Shown here: one piece after another, positions 29,043-42,535 of the stretch
Numbering within the stretch: position 1 is the first letter of the stretch
How the letters are laid out: each line of letters opens with the position of its first letter
The notes under the pieces: generated by a model
Seen by the model: only the letters and a program-made list of their open reading frames with translations
The model's database searches: none
Told to the model about the DNA's origin: nothing
Position numbers and translations under genes: made by a program
DNA from: Herpetosiphon aurantiacus DSM 785
GTDB lineage: Bacteria > Chloroflexota > Chloroflexia > Chloroflexales > Herpetosiphonaceae
DNA length: 64,000 nt
Assembly (NCBI GenBank): GCA_000018565.1
Contig: CP000875.1
Coordinates: 313,199-377,198 of the forward strand
Reading direction: 5' to 3'

Positions 29043-29110
29043 TGATCCACGAAGGACACGAAGGAATACCAAGCAGAAGCCTGCCTTCGTGTCCTTCGTG
29101 TCCTTTGTGG
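29043..29110. repeat. Array of degenerate 9-mer CACGAAGGA repeats forming an inverted pair (terminator-like)
   Basis: The sequence CACGAAGGACACGAAGGAATACC...CCTTCGTGTCCTTCGTGTCCTTTGTGG lies between convergent EF-G and rpsT. Confidence 0.65.
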
Positions 29111-29210
29111 TTAAAACTAGCCCCCAACCCCCAACAACTGATTCCCAGATTAACGCAAAAAAGCCCAAAATAGGGCTTTCGTTGCAGAGAATTGCTAAAA
29201 ATGGCGCAGC

Positions 29211-29498
29211 TTATTGCACAGTGGTGCGCGTGCCGATGCCGTTAGCAATGTTAAATCGGCGAACCAACCGTGATTTACGGCGGGCAGCTTGGTTTTTGTG
29301 AATGATGCCTTTAGCGGCTGCTTGATCAAGCGCCTTCAACGCTGCTGCCAATGATTCTTTGCTAGCTTCGTTTTTGGCATTGACGCTTTGGGCTGATTTT
29401 TTGACCAAGGTTTTGAGTGCTGAGCGCACCATGACGTTGCGGTTATGGCGGCGAGCATTTGTCCGAATACGTTTGCGGGCGGAAGCTGTATTAGCCAA
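29211..29498 (-). CDS. rpsT: 30S ribosomal protein S20
   Basis: The sequences MANTASARKRIRTNARRHNRN and AAKGIIHKNQAARRKSRL match S20. Confidence 0.85.
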   Translation of the reverse strand: MANTASARKRIRTNARRHNRNVMVRSALKTLVKKSAQSVNAKNEASKESLAAALKALDQAAAKGIIHKNQAARRKSRLVRRFNIANGIGTRTTVQ

Positions 29499-29600
29499 CG
29501 TGACCTCCTCGAAGGTTTGGTATCATAAGAAAACGCCGAGGCCACGCAGCCTGCGGCTAATTTGGTTTCGCGACGATGGATTATACCAGAAAGAATCAAA

Positions 29601-31442
29601 ATGAGCAACGAGTCCTTATCGACGACTCCCGCGCCAGCCCCAAGCCCGTTACGTAAACGCTCGATGAGTGCCCTGTTGAATAGCGCAATTGTGATGTTGG
29701 GCTATTTATTGAGCCGTGTGATTGGCATTGTGCGTCAAACGGTCTTATCAAGCTATTTTGGCACAAATATCGTTAGCGATATCTATACCACAGCCTTTCA
29801 AATTCCCGATTTGTTGTACTTGGTGATTATTGGTGGAGCCTTGGGCACGGCCTTTATTCCAATTTTTATCGAAGCCTATACGAAGGAAACCCATGAACGC
29901 GCTTGGCAAGTGGCAAATTTGGTGATCAACGCCGCATTGACTGTGCTGAGTGTGGTATCGTTGGCAATTTTGTTGCTGGCCGACCCGCTGCTGCGTTGGC
30001 TCAACCCAACCTATACGCCTGAACAACTGGGCTTGGCGATTTACTTGGTGCGCTTGTTTATGCTCTCGCCGTTGTTGCTTGGTTTGGGTGGTTTGGCAAT
30101 GGCGACGCTGAATGCGCTTGACCATTTCACCCTGCCAGCCTTGGTTCCGGTGATTTATAACGTGGCGATTATTGCCGGAATTGTGCTGATCGGGCCGTTG
30201 CTGGTGCGCTTTGGTTGGGTGCAGCACTCGATCAGTGTGGTTGAGCATAATGGTCAACCAGTTTCAATCGAAGGAGCCGCCTGGGGCGTGGTGTTGGGGG
30301 CGTTGCTTTATTTAGTTTGTCAATTGCCAGTGCTCTATCGCTCAGGTTTTCGCTATCGTGTGCTGTTCAACTGGCGCGATGCCGCCTTGCGCCGGATTGG
30401 CCTGCTGATGGGGCCACGAGTGTTTGGACAAGCAGCGATGCAAATCAACACAATTGCGATTTTTAGTTTTGCCAAATTATTTGGTGATGGCCGCGCCACA
30501 GCGTTGAGCAATGCCCTGACGTTAATGTTGCTGCCGCATGGAATTTTTGCCCTCAGCTTGGCCACCGTGATGTTTCCGCAACTTAGCCGTTTAGATGCTG
30601 CTGGCGATCACGAGGGCTTTAATCAAACCACCCGCAACACTTTGGGCACAGTCTTATGGGCAATTATTCCTGCTGCTGCTGGCTTGATCATGCTGGCCAC
30701 GCCGATTGTGCAGGTGCTATTTCAACGCGGCAACTTCGATAGCCAATCGACCTTGTGGGTGGTGCAGGCCTTGATGATGTATGCCACCGCCTTGCCAGCC
30801 TTTGGCGCTGCCGAAATTCTGATTCGTGGCTTTTATGCCCGTCAAGAAACCACGATCCCAGTGGTGATTGGGGTGGTGACCGTAGCGTTGAATATTGGTC
30901 TGTGTTGGCTATTGACCCAATTTAGCACCAGCCATATTGGTTTGGCAGGTGCATTTAGCATCACCAACAACCTCGAATTACTGCTGTTGCTGGTGATGTG
31001 GCGGCGACGCAATGGCAATCTTGATGCGACTGGTCAACTCCGCCGCTCCTTGCTGATTACGCTGGTGAGTTCGTTGGCAATGGTGTTGGTGTTGCAAGCG
31101 CCAGTCTTGGCCTTGCTGCTTGTTGGCCTGCTGATGCTGAATTATGCTTGGCGGCGTTGGGGGCGGCAGCGCTGGCCGCAGGCTGGTCAAGCGCCGATTT
31201 GGTTGGGTTTAGCACTGGCTACGTTGGCAGGCTTGGGCTTAGGCTGGCAATTGCAATTATTCGATTTGGCGACATGGCTGCAAATTGCGCCGCAAGCTCA
31301 GAGTTTATGGCGTTTGCTTGGCTCGTTGGTTTTCAATGGCTTACTGGCAATTGCCGTTTATTTTGGGTGTTCAAGTGTTTTGGGTGCGTCGGAAGCCGCA
31401 GTTTGGCAACGACGGATTTTGGGCCGTTTGAAACGCCGCTAA
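29601..31442 (+). CDS. murJ: Lipid II flippase MurJ/MviN with C-terminal extension
   Basis: It has the MviN N-terminus (LLNSAIVMLGYLLSRVIGIVRQTVLSSYFGT), 14 or more TM segments, and an extra ~100 aa at the C-terminus. Confidence 0.8.
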   Translation: MSNESLSTTPAPAPSPLRKRSMSALLNSAIVMLGYLLSRVIGIVRQTVLSSYFGTNIVSDIYTTAFQIPDLLYLVIIGGALGTAFIPIFIEAYTKETHERAWQVANLVINAALTVLSVVSLAILLLADPLLRWLNPTYTPEQLGLAIYLVRLFMLSPLLLGLGGLAMATLNALDHFTLPALVPVIYNVAIIAGIVLIGPLLVRFGWVQHSISVVEHNGQPVSIEGAAWGVVLGALLYLVCQLPVLYRSGFRYRVLFNWRDAALRRIGLLMGPRVFGQAAMQINTIAIFSFAKLFGDGRATALSNALTLMLLPHGIFALSLATVMFPQLSRLDAAGDHEGFNQTTRNTLGTVLWAIIPAAAGLIMLATPIVQVLFQRGNFDSQSTLWVVQALMMYATALPAFGAAEILIRGFYARQETTIPVVIGVVTVALNIGLCWLLTQFSTSHIGLAGAFSITNNLELLLLLVMWRRRNGNLDATGQLRRSLLITLVSSLAMVLVLQAPVLALLLVGLLMLNYAWRRWGRQRWPQAGQAPIWLGLALATLAGLGLGWQLQLFDLATWLQIAPQAQSLWRLLGSLVFNGLLAIAVYFGCSSVLGASEAAVWQRRILGRLKRR

Positions 31443-31554
31443 ATCTACTGTGACCTAATTCACACTCCCATTGCTCAATCGGTGACAGAAATTGACACAT
31501 TCGCCAATTATAGTGCCTACATCAACAGATAAATATGTATGGAGGAACGTAATC

Positions 31555-31980
31555 ATGGCGAATCGACGGATTTCAACGATTGTGATGGCAGTTTTGGGTG
31601 TTTTGATGCTGGTTGGTTTATTCTTACCTTATCTGAAAAGTACCACAACCGATTTTTCAATCAGCGTTTTCCAGACCTTTGGTAGCGATCTTAAAGGGCT
31701 TGTTCCAGAAGATAGCAAAACACTCTATATGATTATTGCGGCAGCGGTGGCAGTTGGTGGTTTATTTGCCTTATTGAGTCTTACTGGCAAGAAAGTTTTT
31801 GGAGTATTCAGTATTATCGTTAGTTTTCTGATTGCGGCATTTCATGGTTTATTGACGGCTGGTTTGTCGGGAGAACGTGATGTTGTGCAAGGTTTAGGGT
31901 TTTGGTTGCTCTTAGGGGTTAGTTTAGCGCTATTTATTACAAGTATTGTATTTGTAGCCCGCAAACCCAAACTTGCCTAA
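31555..31980 (+). CDS. Small polytopic membrane protein (hypothetical)
   Basis: A GGAGGAA RBS precedes it. It has 4 TM segments. Confidence 0.5.
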   Translation: MANRRISTIVMAVLGVLMLVGLFLPYLKSTTTDFSISVFQTFGSDLKGLVPEDSKTLYMIIAAAVAVGGLFALLSLTGKKVFGVFSIIVSFLIAAFHGLLTAGLSGERDVVQGLGFWLLLGVSLALFITSIVFVARKPKLA

Positions 31981-31994
31981 TTCGTAGTTCGAAG

Positions 31995-32033
31995 CGCGGC
32001 GGCAGTTCCACCTAACTGCCGCCGTTTTGTATT
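31995..32033 (+). terminator. Intrinsic terminator (GCGGCGGCAGTT...AACTGCCGCCG + TTTTGTATTT)
   Basis: It is a perfect 12-bp stem followed by a T-run. It sits between convergent genes. Confidence 0.6.
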
Positions 32034-33568
32034 TAACTATTCGATTTGGCAAATGGCAGATACATTCGGAAATTGAGGTTTGGTACAACCGTTGGTGTAC
32101 GGCTGGGGGTTATTGTCGCGGTTGGGGTGCGACTAGGCGTTATCGTGATGGTAGCTGGTGTGCCAGTCGAGGTACGGGTTGGGGTGTTGCTTGGAGTTGC
32201 GGTTGCAGTCCGCGTTGCTGTCGCAGTTGGGGTGCGCGTAATCGTCGGTGTGATAGTTGGGGTTGCCGTGCCGCCAGTGCCACTTTGGGCCATTTCATAT
32301 AAATTGGGAAAATTGCCCGTGAGTAATAACATGCTCAGCAAGCGCCAAGCATTGGGATAATAGCTGTTGGGCGTATCTTTGGTGGCGAGCACCGCATTGT
32401 ATGCTTGTTGCGGTGTGGTTTTGAGGCTGGCAGTTGCCGCACCACAATTGACTGCTTGCGGAGCTGGAGCCGCCCAAATTGCCGCCGCTGCGTTGGCGAC
32501 GAAGAATACGCCACGATAATTATCAACTGATGTGCCGTCAAGCCGATAGCGAGCTTGAATGTTGTCAATGCCCACGCTGCTGAAAAAACCACCAATTTCG
32601 TTCATGGTTTCGCGTGAGTTGCTGGTGTTGTACCACGCTTTGTCGATCGCGATGCGCCATGCAAACCGCGCTGCATCGTAGCTCCACCACGCCGATTCTT
32701 CTGGTTGCCACGATACATATTGCACATCGCCGTCATATTGATTCCAATTGGGCACAAGTTTCGAGCAATTGCCTGCTTTGGCTTGCACCAAATTGGTGAT
32801 AGCGTAGTTACGGGTGTTGACGGCGGCCCATTCAGTATTTTTGTTGGTGAATTTGCCAAAGACCGTGCTATAGCCAGGTGAAAAATAAGAAAGATTAACA
32901 ATACCTTGAGTATATTCGGTCGCGGTTGACCATGAATCACCTGGCAGTAGTTCGTTGCCTTGGTTATTGGGCAAGCCGGCGGGTGGGTTGCTGCCAGCAT
33001 GATCAACTTCATAGGTATAAATATTGTTGATCATGGTGCTGGCAAGCGTGCAATAATTCAGGCCATTGCTGCTAGCGGGCCAAACTCCTTGTTGCACTTT
33101 GATACAGGCATTGACCAGTCCCATGGCAATATCTTCATCGCCATCGGTTGCTGCGCCGCTGCCATTAATTTGGCCTGGATTGCCGATGTGCCAATGCATC
33201 AGGCCGCGGCTGGTAAAATAATCACGAGTGAAAAGCCACAAACCGTCGAAGGTTGCTTGATCATCGAATAATGAGGCGAAAAGCAAGCCATAGCCTTGGC
33301 CCTCAGAGACCGTGGTGCTATTGCTAACTCCGCCGAGTACCCGCAAACGTCCGCCACCACCAGCGTTGTTGCTGGTAATTTGAGCACTTTTCCATTCATT
33401 CCAAGCTTGAGTGAGATCGGTCACATTGTAGTTAATGCCCGAAGCTTGATTATAGGGAAAGCTAAATGCTTGCGGATTGGCGCTGGCCGATTGCTGACGG
33501 GGCAAGCTAAGGCCGAGACCAACCAACATAACCAAAATAAGCCAACGCGAGTGCAATGCTTGCTTCAT
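32033..33568 (-). CDS. GH8 family glycoside hydrolase (endoglucanase-like) with signal peptide and Pro/Thr linker but no CBM
   Basis: It has GH8 catalytic signatures (TVSEGQGYGLLFA, ATDGDEDIAMGLVNA). It is a paralog of 33652-35481. It ends with a PT-linker plus a 19-aa tail. Confidence 0.8.
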   Translation of the reverse strand: MKQALHSRWLILVMLVGLGLSLPRQQSASANPQAFSFPYNQASGINYNVTDLTQAWNEWKSAQITSNNAGGGGRLRVLGGVSNSTTVSEGQGYGLLFASLFDDQATFDGLWLFTRDYFTSRGLMHWHIGNPGQINGSGAATDGDEDIAMGLVNACIKVQQGVWPASSNGLNYCTLASTMINNIYTYEVDHAGSNPPAGLPNNQGNELLPGDSWSTATEYTQGIVNLSYFSPGYSTVFGKFTNKNTEWAAVNTRNYAITNLVQAKAGNCSKLVPNWNQYDGDVQYVSWQPEESAWWSYDAARFAWRIAIDKAWYNTSNSRETMNEIGGFFSSVGIDNIQARYRLDGTSVDNYRGVFFVANAAAAIWAAPAPQAVNCGAATASLKTTPQQAYNAVLATKDTPNSYYPNAWRLLSMLLLTGNFPNLYEMAQSGTGGTATPTITPTITRTPTATATRTATATPSNTPTRTSTGTPATITITPSRTPTATITPSRTPTVVPNLNFRMYLPFAKSNS

Positions 33569-33592
33569 CGAGGTTGCTCCTACACACAAAAA

Positions 33593-33620
33593 CAAGGATG
33601 CAGGCAAAACTGCATCCTTG
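33593..33620 (-). terminator. Hairpin (AAGGATGCAG...CTGCATCCTT) + U-run on the minus strand, 6 nt upstream of the GH8 RBS
   Basis: It is a 10-bp perfect stem. The minus strand reads ...CAAGGAUGCAGUUUUGCCUGCAUCCUUGUUUUUGUGUG. Confidence 0.45.
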
Positions 33621-33651
33621 CAATAAACCGACGGCTAGTATACCAACAATT

Positions 33652-35481
33652 CTATGGCGCAACGCTACAAGCTGTGCCATTCAGGCTAAAACTGGTTGGT
33701 TTGGGGTTGCTGCCATTGTAGCTGGCTTGGAAGCCAAAGCTGGCAGTGCCGCCACTACCAATATAGCCATTCCAGCCTACGTTATTGACGCTGACTGCTT
33801 GGCCAGTTTGGCTCACAGTTCCATTCCAGAGATTGTTAATTTGTTGATTGCCTGCGAAATTCCAGCGCACATTCCAATTGTTGATTGCTGTGCCGTTGTT
33901 GCGAATGCTTACATCGGCGGTAAAACCACTACCCCAATCGTTGCTGATGCTGTAGGTAATTTGGCATGCCCCAGCAATTGGCGTATTGGTTGGTGGCACG
34001 CTGGTCGGAACCGTGGTTGGAATCGGGGTCAGGGTTGGAATTGGGGTCAAAATCGGTGTGATTGTGACAGGGGTGTTGGTTGGCCGTGGTGTGCTGGTTG
34101 GCGGCACGGTTGTGTTGGTTGGTGGCACGTTGGTTGGAACCGCCGTGTTAGTTGGTGGCACACTGGTTGGCACAGGCGTGTTGGTTGGCGTAACACCGTT
34201 GGCCAATTCATAAATATTGGGGAAATTGCCAGTCAACAACAACATGCTCATCAAACGCCAAGCATTGACATAATATGAATTTGGCGAATCTTTGGTGGTC
34301 AACACCATATTGTAGGCTTGTTGCGGGCTGGTTTTGAGCGTGCCCGTTGCCGCGCCACAATTGATAGCTTGCGGTGCAGGAGCGGCCCAAATTGCGGCAG
34401 CAGCATTGGCGACGAAGAACACACCACGATAATTATCAACTGATGTGCCGTTCATCCGATAGCGAGCCTGCACATTTTCGATGCCCACGCTACTGAAGAA
34501 CCCCCCAACTTCGTTCATGGTTTCGCGTGAGCTGGCGGTGTTGTACCAAGCTTTATCGACGGCAACGCGCCATGCAAAGCGAGCAGCGTCATAGCTCCAC
34601 CAAGCATATTCTTCGGGCTGCCACGAAACTAATTGGGCATCACCATCATATTGGTTCCAGTTGGGCACAAGCTTCGAGCAGTTGCCTGGCCGCGATTGAG
34701 CGAGGTTGGTAATTTCATAATTGCGGGTGTTGACGGCTTCCCATTCGCTGGTCTTGCCCGTGAATTTACCAAATACCGTGAAATAGCCAGGCGAGAAATA
34801 CGAGAGATTGACGATGCCTTCGGGATAATCGCGGGCCAAATTCCAACCATCGCCGGGCAATAATTCGTTGCCTGGGTTGCTGGGCAAGCCAGCGACTGGC
34901 GATGAGCCTGGGTGATCAACTTCATAGGTGTAAATATTGTTGATCATGGTGGTGGCAAGGCTACAATAATCTAAGCCATTGCTGCTATTTGGCCAAACGC
35001 CCTTGCGTACTTTGACACAGGCATTGACGAGGCCGAGAGCAATATCTTCATCGCCATCGGTAGCGGCGTAGCTGCCGCGCAATTGGCCAGGATTGCCAAT
35101 GTGCCAGTGCATCAAGCCGTTGGGGTCAAGGTGATCGCGGGTGAACAACCACAACCCATCGAGGGTGGTTTGGTCGTCGAATAGCGAGGCAAACAAAATG
35201 CCATAGCCTTGGCCTTCGGAAACCGTCGATGAGCTATCGACCCCACCCATCACCCGTAGCCGATTACCGCCACCAGCGTTGTTGGCGGTGATCATGTTGC
35301 TTTTCCACTCGTTCCAAGCCTGCGTGAGATCGGTCACATTGTAGTTAATGCCCGAAGCTTGATTGTATGGGAATAATAATGGGCTAACACTATTGCCTTG
35401 GGCGGCTTTGGATTGCCACCATGGCACGGTCAGTAGCGTGAGCAACGCCACCATCAGCAACATTTTGCGATGCTTTAACAT
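33652..35481 (-). CDS. GH8 glycoside hydrolase with C-terminal CBM2
   Basis: It has a signal peptide, the GH8 motifs, a PT linker, and a CBM2 (CQITYSISNDWGSGFTADVSIRNNG...NGTACS). A GGAGG RBS precedes it. Confidence 0.8.
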   Translation of the reverse strand: MLKHRKMLLMVALLTLLTVPWWQSKAAQGNSVSPLLFPYNQASGINYNVTDLTQAWNEWKSNMITANNAGGGNRLRVMGGVDSSSTVSEGQGYGILFASLFDDQTTLDGLWLFTRDHLDPNGLMHWHIGNPGQLRGSYAATDGDEDIALGLVNACVKVRKGVWPNSSNGLDYCSLATTMINNIYTYEVDHPGSSPVAGLPSNPGNELLPGDGWNLARDYPEGIVNLSYFSPGYFTVFGKFTGKTSEWEAVNTRNYEITNLAQSRPGNCSKLVPNWNQYDGDAQLVSWQPEEYAWWSYDAARFAWRVAVDKAWYNTASSRETMNEVGGFFSSVGIENVQARYRMNGTSVDNYRGVFFVANAAAAIWAAPAPQAINCGAATGTLKTSPQQAYNMVLTTKDSPNSYYVNAWRLMSMLLLTGNFPNIYELANGVTPTNTPVPTSVPPTNTAVPTNVPPTNTTVPPTSTPRPTNTPVTITPILTPIPTLTPIPTTVPTSVPPTNTPIAGACQITYSISNDWGSGFTADVSIRNNGTAINNWNVRWNFAGNQQINNLWNGTVSQTGQAVSVNNVGWNGYIGSGGTASFGFQASYNGSNPKPTSFSLNGTACSVAP

Positions 35482-35646
35482 CAAACAACCTCCAAAAGAA
35501 CAATTGAGAAAAAAGAGGGCAGGCAATCAATTACTGCCGCCCTCAGTCTACTATTTATTAATATATTTAATGGATAGCCTAAAAGTCCCAAGTTAATATT
35601 TATTAAGCGATGCTCGCCAGCCGGCGCAAGCGAGCATCGTGGGAGC

Positions 35647-38211
35647 TTACTGGAACAAGCGATCGTATTCGGCGTAAGCCATTGCGATATCGGCCTGGGC
35701 CCAGAAGCGGTGGTAGGTGAAGGTTGGAGCAGGGCCACCGTTTAGGTAGGCTTGCACGGCTGGGAAGGCTGGATCATCTTCGTACTTGGTGCGAATGCTC
35801 AAGAAGGTTGATGAATTGTTGATTGGATCACCATTGGCCATGGTGCCAGTCCAGCCGTTTGGCACTGACACTGGATCATCGAAGCGGTTGTAATCGCGGC
35901 GGGTTTCGGGGTTCGCAACACCCTTATCATCGCGGTATTCTGACCACATACGGTCGATCAATTCTTTGGCCATGGTTTGTGAAGCGACATGTTGAGTGCC
36001 ATAGCGCTTGGTTGCAGCGCTGTAGTACATCAAGGTTTTGGCATAGGCGGCGGCAACACCAACGTCTTGGGTCTTATCGACGACCGTGACGTGCAAGTTG
36101 GTGTTAGCGGCTGGATTGCTGGCGTTCCAGGTAGCTGGTTGGCCGCTCCAAGCCAAGGTTGATGGAATTTCATAGCTGCCATTGCTGGTCAAGGTGGTGT
36201 TGGCCAAAGCCCAGGTTACCCACTTATCGAGCACGTTCTTGGCTTTGACATCGCCTGAAGCGTAGTAATATTCAGCGACCCGTTCCATCGACCAAGCTTG
36301 GAAACCAAACCAGGTGTTGCTAGCGGGATCGTGATAGACTGGTTTTTCGTCGTAGGCCATATTGTAGAAGGTGCTGGTTCCGGCTGGGGCTGCTTCGTAG
36401 CGGCCATTCCAGCTATTGGTAGCACCACCAGCGATGGCACCTTCGCTTGATTGCAACCAAGTATAGAACTCGATTTGGCGGGTCAAGCTGGTGTTCCAGT
36501 CGCGAGCGCCGTTGGTTGAAGCTGGCTTGAAGGCTGGTTGGCTGCCCAAAATCCAGGCTGCCATTGGGTTTTGGTAGCCAAAGTGATTGTGGCTGCTGCC
36601 GATGCGCCATGCCCAGCCACCACCATTGCCAATCGAACCACCCCAAGCGTAGTACCACGACAATAGGTAGTGAGCGCTGCTGTAGCCTGAACCAGCTGGA
36701 CATGAAGTTGAAGTACAGCCAATTTGCTTGAAGTACTTATCGAAGAAGGCGTAGCGCAAGTAGTCGCCCATCTTGGCGGCCTTGGTTACCAAACCATTGA
36801 CGATTGGTGAGCCACCTTGTTCGTCGGCCCATACTTTGGCCCAGTAAATCGCTTGGACAGCACGGGCATCAGCATCGGGGGCGTTGGTGTAGCGCCATTG
36901 GCGGGCATAGCTCGCATCGCCAGTGAACAAGTTCAAGAAGCCGAAGGGGCCGCCATCGTTGAAACTTTCCCACGATGGATGGGGCACGGTTTCCCAAACT
37001 GATTCTTGAGCGCCACGTTGGAAGGTGTTGATATATGATGGTTTGCTGGTGCCATCGCCACGGCGGCCATAGCCATACCAGTTATCAACGTCGAGCAACC
37101 AGTGCATGCCATAGACATCGCTGGTGCCATAAGCCGAGCGCAATTCAGCGGCGATTGGGTCTTGGCCAACTGAAACGTTGGTTTGCAATTGTGATGGATA
37201 TTGGCTGGGTAATTCCCATTCGCCAGCATAGGTGGCTGGGCTATTGGCATTATACGAACCACTGCTTGGTTGATCTTGGCTGGTTGGAATGATGTACATT
37301 TCCATGTTGCGCCAAGCATCGGCCAATGGTTGCCAATTGCCAGTTGCCTCACCGTACATCGCTTCGAGCCACAACCAATAGCTATAGGCTTCGGAAGTGG
37401 TTTCGTGGCCATAATCCGGAGCTTCGACAATCAAGGTTTCGATTGAGTGGTAGGGCACACCTTCAGGGCTGAAATAGCCATTAGCTGGGTTCTTCAACTC
37501 AGCATACATTTCCAAGAAGCGTTGATCGTAGGTATCATCGCCTGGTTGGGTTGGGGTGCTGGTTGGTGGCACAACCGTTGGGGTATTGGTGGGCCGTGGC
37601 GTGCTGGTTGGGCCGTTGGTCGCGGTTGGCGGCACAGCCGTATTAGTTGGGCGAGTTGTGCTAGTTGGTGGCACAGCCGTATTAGTTGGTGGTACGGTTG
37701 TGTTAGTTGCCCGTGGTGTATTGGTTGGTACAACTACCGTGTTGGTTGGGCGGGTGGTTGCGGTTGGTGGAGTGGTTGCGGTTGGGTTCGGATTCGTTTC
37801 ACCACAAACCACACCATTTAATGTAAACACCGTTGGGATTGCATTAGCACCGCTGTAGGTTCCTTGGAAGCCAAAGTTGACTGCACCACCACTGCTGATC
37901 GTGCCGTTCCAGCCTGCGTTACGCACGCTTACTTGGTTGCCAGTTTGGGTTACAATCCCACTCCAGAGGTTGGTAATTTGCTGATTGCCAGCGAAACTCC
38001 AGCCAACCGTCCAGCTACTGATGGCTGCACCATTATTTTGAATATTAACATCGCCGAGGAAGCCACTGCCCCAATCGTTGGGAATGCGATAGGTGACCAC
38101 ACAACTGGCAGCGGCGGCGGTTGGCTTGGCATTCTGGGTGGTCAACAGGCCACCAATCATCGTTAGCAGCGCTAACAGCATCGCCCCTCGGGCGTAATAG
38201 TGCCGAGACAT
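35647..38211 (-). CDS. GH48 family cellobiohydrolase (exoglucanase) with N-terminal CBM2
   Basis: It has a signal peptide, a CBM2 ([25 protein letters not shown]), a PT linker, and GH48 signatures ([42 protein letters not shown]). Confidence 0.85.
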   Translation of the reverse strand: MSRHYYARGAMLLALLTMIGGLLTTQNAKPTAAAASCVVTYRIPNDWGSGFLGDVNIQNNGAAISSWTVGWSFAGNQQITNLWSGIVTQTGNQVSVRNAGWNGTISSGGAVNFGFQGTYSGANAIPTVFTLNGVVCGETNPNPTATTPPTATTRPTNTVVVPTNTPRATNTTVPPTNTAVPPTSTTRPTNTAVPPTATNGPTSTPRPTNTPTVVPPTSTPTQPGDDTYDQRFLEMYAELKNPANGYFSPEGVPYHSIETLIVEAPDYGHETTSEAYSYWLWLEAMYGEATGNWQPLADAWRNMEMYIIPTSQDQPSSGSYNANSPATYAGEWELPSQYPSQLQTNVSVGQDPIAAELRSAYGTSDVYGMHWLLDVDNWYGYGRRGDGTSKPSYINTFQRGAQESVWETVPHPSWESFNDGGPFGFLNLFTGDASYARQWRYTNAPDADARAVQAIYWAKVWADEQGGSPIVNGLVTKAAKMGDYLRYAFFDKYFKQIGCTSTSCPAGSGYSSAHYLLSWYYAWGGSIGNGGGWAWRIGSSHNHFGYQNPMAAWILGSQPAFKPASTNGARDWNTSLTRQIEFYTWLQSSEGAIAGGATNSWNGRYEAAPAGTSTFYNMAYDEKPVYHDPASNTWFGFQAWSMERVAEYYYASGDVKAKNVLDKWVTWALANTTLTSNGSYEIPSTLAWSGQPATWNASNPAANTNLHVTVVDKTQDVGVAAAYAKTLMYYSAATKRYGTQHVASQTMAKELIDRMWSEYRDDKGVANPETRRDYNRFDDPVSVPNGWTGTMANGDPINNSSTFLSIRTKYEDDPAFPAVQAYLNGGPAPTFTYHRFWAQADIAMAYAEYDRLFQ

Positions 38212-38386
38212 ACATACTCCTTGGGTAAATGAAAAGTTCAGAGACAATACGAAGCGAACCTCTGCCCAATCGACGGCAGAGCTATCTATTTCCATACAAC
38301 TGGTTTAGCGAATTCAGGGCAATGGTTGGATCAAACAGCGCGGATTGTTCAATCGAACCATTGCCGAGGCTTGGCTAATTCGTTGG

Positions 38387-41161
<2,775 letters not shown>

Positions 41162-41275
41162 CTAAATGATTCATTGCGACTTGTCAAGCGTAAATTTTAA
41201 AAAGTTTTTAGATTTGGATTTAGGCTCTTCTGAAGCGCTAAAAAGCTACTACATACCTATTAAGAGAGCTAGAGC

Positions 41276-41325
41276 GTGTTTTCAGAAAACACCTGCTTGA
41301 CAAAATACATAAGATCTTTTATTCT
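41276..41325 (+). promoter_or_regulatory. Palindrome GTGTTTTC-a-GAAAACAC followed by promoter TTGACA-N17-TATTCT for the LacI gene
   Basis: It has a perfect 8-bp-arm inverted repeat that abuts a consensus -35. Confidence 0.4.
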
Positions 41326-41385
41326 CTCCCTAAGACTTCTGAGACCGGTTCCAAAGTAATTTAAATCAGTTTGTGGGGTTTCGCC

Positions 41386-42408
41386 GTGGAACAACTCACG
41401 ATTCGCCAAATAGCCCAACTTGCCAATGTTTCACGCTCGACCGTTTCGCGGGTAATCAACAATCATCCCAGCGTGCGGCCCGAAGTGCGACAACGGGTGT
41501 TGGAAGTTATTCGCGAACAAGACTATGTTCCGCAGGCAGCCGCTCGTAGTCTGGCAAGCCGCCGAACCAATGTGGTGACCCTGTTGATCCCACGCAGCTC
41601 GGCAATTATCTTCACTGACCCATTCTTCCCATTAATCATCCAAGGAATTACCGAAACCTGTTCTGAGCGGGATTATTCGGTGATGCTTTCGATGGTGACT
41701 GGCACCCAAGAACGGGATTTCTATCAGCGGGTATTACGCAGTCGGATGACCGACGGTCTGTTGATGCTTTCGAGCGATATTGATGACCCAGTGTTACCCT
41801 TGCTGATTAACGACCAAATGCCGTTGGTCTTAATCGGCGAACACCCGTATATGCAGCCAATGTATACCGTTGACGTGGCAAATCGGGCCGGGGCAGTGCT
41901 AGCAGTCAGCCATTTATTGCAACTTGGCCATCGACGGATTGGGGCGATTACAGGCCTACTGCAGATGAAAACCGCCATTGATCGCCGTGACGGCTATAAG
42001 CAAGCGTTATTGCAAGCAGGCGTTGCCATCGAGCATTCGTTGATGATCGAGGGCGAATTTACCCAAGAGGGTGGCTATGCTGCAATGCGCCAATTGCTCA
42101 GCCTTGAACAGCGACCAAGCGCTGTCTTTGTGGCCAGCGACACCATGGCATTAGGAGCCTTACGGGCTATTTACGAGGCCGGGTTACATGCTCCCCACGA
42201 TATTTCGCTGATCGGCTTTGATGATGTGCCAGGCGCGGCCTATACAACCCCCGCCCTGACGACGATTCACCAACCAATTCAGAAGCTTGGTAGTACCGCC
42301 GCCACGATGTTGCTTGACCATCTCGAAGGGCGACCACCGCTCCAGCAACACATCCGTCTCTCACCTTCGTTAGTCTTACGCCAATCGTGCGGGCCACGGG
42401 TCGCCTAA
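41386..42408 (+). CDS. LacI-family transcriptional regulator (CelR-like)
   Basis: It has an HTH (LTIRQIAQLANVSRSTVSRVINNH) and a periplasmic-binding-fold sugar domain. The start is either GTG at 41386 or TTG at 41371. Confidence 0.8.
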   Translation: MEQLTIRQIAQLANVSRSTVSRVINNHPSVRPEVRQRVLEVIREQDYVPQAAARSLASRRTNVVTLLIPRSSAIIFTDPFFPLIIQGITETCSERDYSVMLSMVTGTQERDFYQRVLRSRMTDGLLMLSSDIDDPVLPLLINDQMPLVLIGEHPYMQPMYTVDVANRAGAVLAVSHLLQLGHRRIGAITGLLQMKTAIDRRDGYKQALLQAGVAIEHSLMIEGEFTQEGGYAAMRQLLSLEQRPSAVFVASDTMALGALRAIYEAGLHAPHDISLIGFDDVPGAAYTTPALTTIHQPIQKLGSTAATMLLDHLEGRPPLQQHIRLSPSLVLRQSCGPRVA

Positions 42409-42460
42409 ACAGCACCCACGGATTCACTAGATCGCATGGTCTGTCGAACACGGGAGTTTT

Positions 42461-42474
42461 TGGGAGCGATCCCA
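42461..42474. promoter_or_regulatory. Palindromic CelR-type operator TGGGAGCGATCCCA upstream of ABC transporter
   Basis: It matches 13 of 14 positions of the T. fusca CelR consensus. It is 62 nt upstream of the SBP start. Confidence 0.55.
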
Positions 42475-42535
42475 AATGAGTTCGAATGGACACTGATGTT
42501 CAACCCACTCAACGCCGGAATCAAGGAGGATTCGT

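Noticed and set aside
32046-32360. Plus-strand ORFs (32046-32360, 33556-34278, 33986-34213, 37447-37858, 38345-39125) that encode Gly/Val/Trp/Arg-rich low-complexity proteins
   Set aside because: They are antisense frames of the Pro/Thr linker and CBM2-coding DNA of the minus-strand cellulase genes. They have no RBS and their composition is low-complexity.
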